Assembly (NCBI GenBank): GCA_902798975.1
Contig: CADBYT010000011.1
Location: 628 to 64,627 of the forward strand
Direction: 5' to 3'
DNA: 64,000 nt
Origin: an uncultured Bacteroidia bacterium
GTDB taxonomy: Bacteria; Bacteroidota; Bacteroidia; Bacteroidales; UBA932
Each line of letters begins with the position of its first letter. Position 1 is the first letter of the stretch. The notes beneath the pieces are model-generated. The model ran no database searches, was not told the origin of the DNA, and saw only the letters and a program-made list of their open reading frames with translations. The translations under genes were made by a program, and so were the position numbers. Shown in pieces: positions 58,218 to 64,000 of the stretch.

Positions 58218-58337
58218 CACTACTAAATTCGCTTTATCTGTTTTATTCAACCACCTGATTGTCAGGTGGTTGATTTTTTCATTCCACTACTATTTCATTC
58301 TTGCCGGCGGAAGGGATATTGCATCCGTCTATATTTG
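58218..58337 (+). promoter_or_regulatory. susC upstream region: CACTACTA direct repeats flanking a palindrome with 12-bp arms, then TAtaTTTG
   Basis: CACTACTA at 58218 and 58285; TCAACCACCTGA-ttg-TCAGGTGGTTGA at 58247-58273; -7 element at 58330-58337. Confidence 0.6.
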
Positions 58338-58403
58338 CCGTCGACACAAGGTCGAAAACCTTTGACTTTTAATAACCAACGCACACAACTTTTCAAAAAG
58401 CGT

Positions 58404-61400
58404 ATGAAAAAAATTTTCACCCTGATCCTCTCGTTAGGATTGAGCCTGGTCGCCCTGGCCCAGAACGTCTCCGTGAAGGGAGTCGTTGTGGATGCCGACG
58501 GCCAGCCGATTGTCGGCGCTTTCGTGGTTGAGCGGGGGACGACCAACGGCACCATGACCGACGTGGACGGAACTTTTTCCTTCCGCGCGACCGAAGGTAG
58601 CTCGCTGGAGGTTTCCTGCATCGGCTACGTAAGCCAGAACGTGACCGCCACCGCGGCCCGTGAACTCCGCATCGTCCTCGCGGACGACGCCCAAATGCTG
58701 GAAGAGACCGTGGTCGTGGGCTACGGCGTCCAGAAGAAGAGCGTCGTGACGGCCTCCATCTCCAAGGTGGACGGCGACGCCCTCAACACGGTCCGCGCAT
58801 CGACGATCAACGACGCCCTCAAGGGCAAGGTGTCCGGCGTGCAGATCACCCAGGCATCCGGCCAGCCGGGTTCCGGCTCCCAGATCAAGATCCGCGGTAT
58901 CGGCACCGTCAACAACTCCGATCCTCTTTATATTGTGGACGGCATGCCTGTTGACGGCGGCATCGATTACCTGAACCCGAGCGATATCGCCTCCGTCGAA
59001 ATCCTGAAGGATGCCGCCTCCGCGGCCATCTACGGCGCCCGCGCCGCCAACGGCGTGGTCCTCGTGACCACCCGCAGCGGCAAGAAGGGTCAGGCATCCG
59101 TTACGTACAGCGGCAGCTACGGCTGGCAGAATCCCTGGAAGAAGAAGGAAGTCCTCAATGCCACCGAATACATGGTGATCATGAACGAGGGCCGTATCAA
59201 TGACGGCGGCGCCCCGCTCTACTCCGCAGCCGAGATCGCCGCGGCGGGCAAGGGCACCGACTGGCAGGACCAGACCTTCAACTACAACGCGCCGATCACG
59301 CAGCACCAGCTGTCCGTGAGCGGCGGCACCGACAGGGTCACCTACTTCGTGTCCCTCGGCTACTTCAAGCAGGACGGTATCGTGGGCGGCAACTACGGCA
59401 AGTCCAACTACGACCGCCTCACCCTCCGTTCCAACAACACCTACGTGCCGTTCGAGACGGATAACCGTAACTTCCTGAACAAGCTGACCCTCACGGCCAA
59501 CATCGCTTATTCCAACATCAATTCGACGGGTATCACCACCAACTCCGAGTTCGGTTCCATCCTGGGCTCCGCCGTGGCCTTCAACCCGTCCATTCCGGTG
59601 TTCGCCTCCGAGGCCGAGGCCGCCCGCATCCTGGCGGAGCACCCGACCGCGATCGTGGCCGCCGACGGCCGCGTCTACTCCCTGCCGCCGACCGGCTATC
59701 AGGAACTGACCAACCCGGTGGCCAACCTGGACACCCCTTCCAACACACTCTACAAGACCCACAAGTTCGTGGCCAACTTCGCCGCCGAACTGGACATCCT
59801 CCCGGGTCTCAAGTTCAAGAGCAGCTACGGCGTGGACCTGGCCTTCTGGCGCAACCGCGGCTATGGTTTCGAGCAGTACAAGAGCTCGATGAACCAGACG
59901 CTCACCAGCTGGGTGAACATGGGCATGAACGAAGGCCTCCGCTGGCAGACGGAGAATTACTTCTCCTACAGCAAGCAGCTCGGCAAGCACTACATCAGCG
60001 CTGTGCTCGGCCAGTCCGCGATGAGCTATTCCTACACCTATGTCTCCGGCACCGACTATCAGCTGAAGGAGACGAACCCGTCCATGGCCTACATCGACTC
60101 CGCCATCGGCTCCACCGATGACGAGCGCACCAGCGGCGGTACCGGCGGCTACGACGTGCAGCGCCTGGCCTCCTACTTCTTCCGCTTCGACTACAACTAC
60201 GACGAGCGCTACATGCTCGAATTCACGATCCGCCGCGACGGTTCTTCCCGCTTCGGCCCCGGCCACAAGTGGGCCACCTTCCCGGCCGCTTCCGTCGGTT
60301 GGAACATCACCAACGAGCCCTGGTTCAAGAACAACCGTCCGGGCTGGATCGACCAGCTCAAGCTGCGCGCCAGCTGGGGTAAGAACGGTAACGAGAACAT
60401 CGGTAATTTCCGCTACGCGTCCCTGATGGATACCGGCCAGGAGTACTACTTCGGCAACGACGGCGAATACGGCACCATGCAGCCGGGTTCTTCCCCGGCG
60501 GCCCTCGCCAACCCGTCCATCCGCTGGGAGGAGTCCGAGCAGCTCGACCTCGGTTTCGACGCCCGCTTCTTCCGCGACCGGCTGACCTTCGGCTTCGACT
60601 TCTACAACAAGAAGACCAACGGCATGCTGATGAACAAGCCCATCCCGTCCTACGTAGGCCAGGGCGCCCCGATGTCCAACCTGGGCGACATGCGCAACTG
60701 GGGTTATGAATTCGAGATCGGCTGGCAGCAGCAGGTCGGCGACTTCCACTACGCCATCAACGCCAATGCCTCCCTGCTCCGCAACCGCCTGATCAACCTC
60801 GGCAACGAGTCCGGCGAGGCGGTCTACCAGAGCAACGGCGCCTCCGGCGTGGGTGACTATGTGAAGGGTTCCAACGGCGAAGTCTGGCCGTACTTCTACG
60901 GTATGAAGACCGACGGCCTCTTCCAGAACTGGAACGAGGTGTACGCCTACAAGGACAAGGACGGCAACCTGATGCAGCCCAACGCCCAGCCGGGTGATGT
61001 CCGCTTCGTGGACAACAACGGCGACGGTTATGTCAATGACGACGACCGCACCAAGATCGGCAAGGGTATGCCGGACTGGACCTACGGTATCACCTTCTCC
61101 GCCGACTGGAAGGGCTTCGACCTCAACCTGTTCTTCCAGGGCAGCATCGGCAACCAGATCTTCGACTACTCGATGCGTGGTGACATCCCGGCGATGAACC
61201 GCCCGGCCTGGATCCTCGACCGCTGGATCGGCGAGGGTTCGTCCACCCGCATTCCGCGCATGACCAACGCCAACCCGAACCAGAACTGGCGTTCCTCCGA
61301 CCTCTGGGTCAAGGACGGCTCCTACCTCCGCCTCAAGACCGTGCAGCTCGGCTACACCCTGCCGGAGAGCCTTCTCCGCTCCATCGCCATCAAGAGCGTG

Positions 61401-61556
61401 CGCGTCTACGTGGCAGGCGAGAACCTGCTCACCTTCACCAAGTACGACGGTTTCGACCCGGAAATGGCCTCCGACGGCTACACCACCATCGGCGTGGACC
61501 GCGGTATCTACCCGCAGGCCCGGACCATCACCGTGGGCGCTTCCATCTCCTTCTAA
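58404..61556 (+). CDS. susC: SusC/RagA TonB-dependent transporter (second PUL)
   Basis: LEETVVVGYG, ILKDAASAAIYGARAANGVVLVTT, IRWEESEQ, YPQART, terminal F; start re-assigned to MKKIFTL. Confidence 0.97.
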   Translation: MKKIFTLILSLGLSLVALAQNVSVKGVVVDADGQPIVGAFVVERGTTNGTMTDVDGTFSFRATEGSSLEVSCIGYVSQNVTATAARELRIVLADDAQMLEETVVVGYGVQKKSVVTASISKVDGDALNTVRASTINDALKGKVSGVQITQASGQPGSGSQIKIRGIGTVNNSDPLYIVDGMPVDGGIDYLNPSDIASVEILKDAASAAIYGARAANGVVLVTTRSGKKGQASVTYSGSYGWQNPWKKKEVLNATEYMVIMNEGRINDGGAPLYSAAEIAAAGKGTDWQDQTFNYNAPITQHQLSVSGGTDRVTYFVSLGYFKQDGIVGGNYGKSNYDRLTLRSNNTYVPFETDNRNFLNKLTLTANIAYSNINSTGITTNSEFGSILGSAVAFNPSIPVFASEAEAARILAEHPTAIVAADGRVYSLPPTGYQELTNPVANLDTPSNTLYKTHKFVANFAAELDILPGLKFKSSYGVDLAFWRNRGYGFEQYKSSMNQTLTSWVNMGMNEGLRWQTENYFSYSKQLGKHYISAVLGQSAMSYSYTYVSGTDYQLKETNPSMAYIDSAIGSTDDERTSGGTGGYDVQRLASYFFRFDYNYDERYMLEFTIRRDGSSRFGPGHKWATFPAASVGWNITNEPWFKNNRPGWIDQLKLRASWGKNGNENIGNFRYASLMDTGQEYYFGNDGEYGTMQPGSSPAALANPSIRWEESEQLDLGFDARFFRDRLTFGFDFYNKKTNGMLMNKPIPSYVGQGAPMSNLGDMRNWGYEFEIGWQQQVGDFHYAINANASLLRNRLINLGNESGEAVYQSNGASGVGDYVKGSNGEVWPYFYGMKTDGLFQNWNEVYAYKDKDGNLMQPNAQPGDVRFVDNNGDGYVNDDDRTKIGKGMPDWTYGITFSADWKGFDLNLFFQGSIGNQIFDYSMRGDIPAMNRPAWILDRWIGEGSSTRIPRMTNANPNQNWRSSDLWVKDGSYLRLKTVQLGYTLPESLLRSIAIKSVRVYVAGENLLTFTKYDGFDPEMASDGYTTIGVDRGIYPQARTITVGASISF

Positions 61557-61577
61557 TCCTTTAATGCAGATAAGAAT

Positions 61578-63128
61578 ATGAAACTCTATAAATTATTGGC
61601 AGCCTTTGTCGTGGGCGCGGTCCTGACCAGCTGTGGGGATGAGTTCCTCACCGCCCATGCCACCCATCAGGGCGAGGCGGGTGCGGAAGCGACCGAAAGC
61701 GCGATCCTGTCCTACCTGACGGCGACCTATCAGCCGCTCCTGATGGATTCCTACGCGAATTACAACTACAACCACATCCTGCTGCTTTCCGACCTCCGTT
61801 CCGACGACATCTACAAGGGTGGCGGCGACGCCGGCGACCAGTCCTGGATGTATCACATGTCCCTGTTCCAGATCCCCGCCTCCGAGAGCCCGTCCGGCAT
61901 CTGGAGTCTCTACTACACCGCCATCGCCCGCGCCAACAACACGGTCATGGCCATCGACAACGCGGTCGGTTTCGACAGTGACGCCGCCAAGGCCCGCCTG
62001 GCCGGCTACCGCGCCGAGGCGCTCTTCCTGCGCGCCTACTACCTCCACCATCTGTGGAAGCTCTTCGGCAACATTCCTTTCTTCACCGAGCCCCTGGAGG
62101 ATCCCTTCATGGCTCCGCAGAAGAGCGCCGACGAGATCTACAACTACATCATGCAGGACATCAAGGATGCCGAGACGGCCGCCGGCATGGCTGGCAGCGA
62201 GTTCCCGCTCTACACCAACGGTTCCGCCAAGCAGGCCCGCGCCAACCTGGCCGCCCTGTACATGCTCAAGGCCCGCGTGGTGATGTACCAGAACGACCAG
62301 TCCAAGTTCAGCGAGGTGGCTTCCAACATGGCCGAGATCATCAACAGCGGCTCCTACCGCCTGATTGACTTTGACGCCCTGTGGACCGGCGCCGACGCGA
62401 ACGACTTCACGCCGGAGTCCATCTTCGAGAGCAACCAGATTTCCGACGGCAAGCGCGACTGGGGCAATGCCTGGTCCGGATGCGGCACCAACCTGCCGGC
62501 CTACATCTCGCCCAACGAGCTGAGCGACGCCGTTTTCTGCGGCGGCTGGGGCTTCGGTCCCGTGCGCCAGGCCACCTGGGATATGTATGAGGACGGCGAC
62601 GTCCGTCGCGAGGGCTCCATCAACAAGTTCGAAGACGGCACCTACGGTCCCCGTTTCCAGAACACCGGCCTCTTCCAGAAGAAATATGCCGCCCGTACCG
62701 CCCTGCGTTCGCCGATCGGTACCGTGGACCTCAACTATCCCAATAACCTGATCCTCTTCCGCTACGCCGAGACCCTGCTCAACTATGCCGAGCTCGTCGG
62801 CCTGCAGGGCAATGCTCCGGCCGGTGGCGTGTCCGCCCAGGACTGCCTCGACCAGATCCGCACCCGTGCCGGCCTGGGTTCCATTCCCCTGACCTGGGAA
62901 AACCTCAAGGCCGAGCGCCGCAAGGAGTTCGTCGGCGAAGGCATGCGCTTCTGGGACCTCATCCGCTGGGGTGACGCACAGACCGTGCTGACCGAGCGCG
63001 ACGACGCCCACCAGAGCGTCCGCACCTTCGACCCGTCCAAGGACAAGTACCTGCCTATCCCGCAGAGCGAGATGAGCCGCACCGCCGGCACCGGCGAGTT
63101 CGAGCTCCGGCAGAACCCTGGTTATTAA
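61578..63128 (+). CDS. susD: SusD/RagB family lipoprotein
   Basis: Lipobox LTSC; AEALFLRAYY, FRYAETLLNYAE, ERRKEFVGEGMRFWDLIRWG, QNPGY. Confidence 0.95.
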   Translation: MKLYKLLAAFVVGAVLTSCGDEFLTAHATHQGEAGAEATESAILSYLTATYQPLLMDSYANYNYNHILLLSDLRSDDIYKGGGDAGDQSWMYHMSLFQIPASESPSGIWSLYYTAIARANNTVMAIDNAVGFDSDAAKARLAGYRAEALFLRAYYLHHLWKLFGNIPFFTEPLEDPFMAPQKSADEIYNYIMQDIKDAETAAGMAGSEFPLYTNGSAKQARANLAALYMLKARVVMYQNDQSKFSEVASNMAEIINSGSYRLIDFDALWTGADANDFTPESIFESNQISDGKRDWGNAWSGCGTNLPAYISPNELSDAVFCGGWGFGPVRQATWDMYEDGDVRREGSINKFEDGTYGPRFQNTGLFQKKYAARTALRSPIGTVDLNYPNNLILFRYAETLLNYAELVGLQGNAPAGGVSAQDCLDQIRTRAGLGSIPLTWENLKAERRKEFVGEGMRFWDLIRWGDAQTVLTERDDAHQSVRTFDPSKDKYLPIPQSEMSRTAGTGEFELRQNPGY

Positions 63129-63150
63129 TCGTTGAAAATAGAACAGCAAT

Positions 63151-64000
63151 ATGAAAAAGATATTCAACTCCATCCTCCTGGTCGTGGCTGCAGGCGCCCT
63201 GCTGGTTTCCTGCAACCCGATGGATCCGGACGCCCACAAGCTGGGCCCGGCGCCCTCGGAGAACCAGCTCGCGTTCACCTCGACTCCGTCGGCTGCGACC
63301 CCGAATATCATCGAGCTCCAGAACACCTCGTCCGTGCCCGGTGTCGCCCTTTGGGACCTCGGCAACGGCACGACCGTCAAGGGAGACAATGTTTCCGCCA
63401 CGTACCCCTTCAAGGGTGACTACACCGTGACGATGTCCCTCTATACGACCGGTGGCTCCGCCACCATCTCCCAGGTGATCACGATCGCTGCCGACGACTA
63501 CGGCCTGCTGGATACGCCGGGCTTCAACGCCCTCACCGGCGGCGCCGACGCCCTGGAAGGCAAGACCTGGGTCTTCGCCCGCTATACCAAGGGCCACTTC
63601 GGCGTGGGCGACGTGAATGCGGCTCCCGAAGTGAACGGACCGGCCTGGTGGCAGTGCGATCCCAAGGGCAAGGAGGGCTGCTCGCTCTATGACAACGAGT
63701 ACACCTTCATCCAGCGGGGCACCAAGCTCATCTGGAAAAACCAGGGCTACATCTACACGAACGAAAACGGCATGAACCACCTCGGCATCCCCGGTACGGC
63801 CAATCCGGCCGTCGGTGACTTCGACGTGCCCTATCTGCCGGACGAAAACCTCACGTTCACCCTGGATGAGGCCAACAACAAGCTCCTTCTCGGAGGCAAC
63901 GCCTTCTTCGGTTTTTACACCGGCGTGAGCGAGTACAACATCATCAAGCTCGACGAGCACATGCTGTACGTGTGGTGCCGCAGCGAGGCCGAGCCGGGCA
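63151..64000 (+). CDS. PKD-domain surface glycan-binding lipoprotein (partial; runs off the window end)
   Basis: Manual translation MKKIFNSILLVVAAGALLVSC..., WDLGNG, YPFKGDYTVTM, LTGG...KTWV. Confidence 0.8.
   Translation, partial: MKKIFNSILLVVAAGALLVSCNPMDPDAHKLGPAPSENQLAFTSTPSAATPNIIELQNTSSVPGVALWDLGNGTTVKGDNVSATYPFKGDYTVTMSLYTTGGSATISQVITIAADDYGLLDTPGFNALTGGADALEGKTWVFARYTKGHFGVGDVNAAPEVNGPAWWQCDPKGKEGCSLYDNEYTFIQRGTKLIWKNQGYIYTNENGMNHLGIPGTANPAVGDFDVPYLPDENLTFTLDEANNKLLLGGNAFFGFYTGVSEYNIIKLDEHMLYVWCRSEAEPG

Overview
High-GC Bacteroidales chromosome segment. The assignment rests on SusC/SusD pairs and TAnnTTTG -7 promoters; a gut/rumen Rikenellaceae-like lineage is inferred, not proven. 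Left to right: the 5' part of secDF; a compact ResB-CcsA cytochrome c synthase; a 23-kb starch/maltodextrin PUL (MFS, SusC, D, E, F, G, SusA, GH13, SusB, GH77) that also carries a GH53 galactanase and a GH2 beta-galactosidase and faces a membrane-anchored LytTR regulator; spt plus an SDR; an HI0933 flavoprotein; queD-folE-PTPS-III; hrpB; a frameshifted BlaI/M56-ExbD module; an esterase, a metalloprotease and outer-membrane proteins; a 12-kb locus next to tRNA-Ser(GCT); a GH92 relic; and the start of a second, SusR-type PUL. The best candidate for an undescribed system is the tRNA-Ser-adjacent locus (43820-55884). It has an NHLM-bacteriocin-type type I exporter with no C39 peptidase domain and no modifying enzymes, co-transcribed with a beta-barrel. 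It faces a MABP/FN3/adhesin protein lacking a T9SS tail, a type V pilin-like lipoprotein and a 42-aa peptide with a lasso-like YxxP leader. Other highlights: CGTC-type palindromic repeats inserted in frame inside hrpB and the flavoprotein; a four-copy 108-bp symmetric element; and a duplicated 109-aa PTPS whose copies carry complementary Cys-only and Glu-only active-site motifs on either side of folE. All family calls come from motif recognition; no database searches were run.
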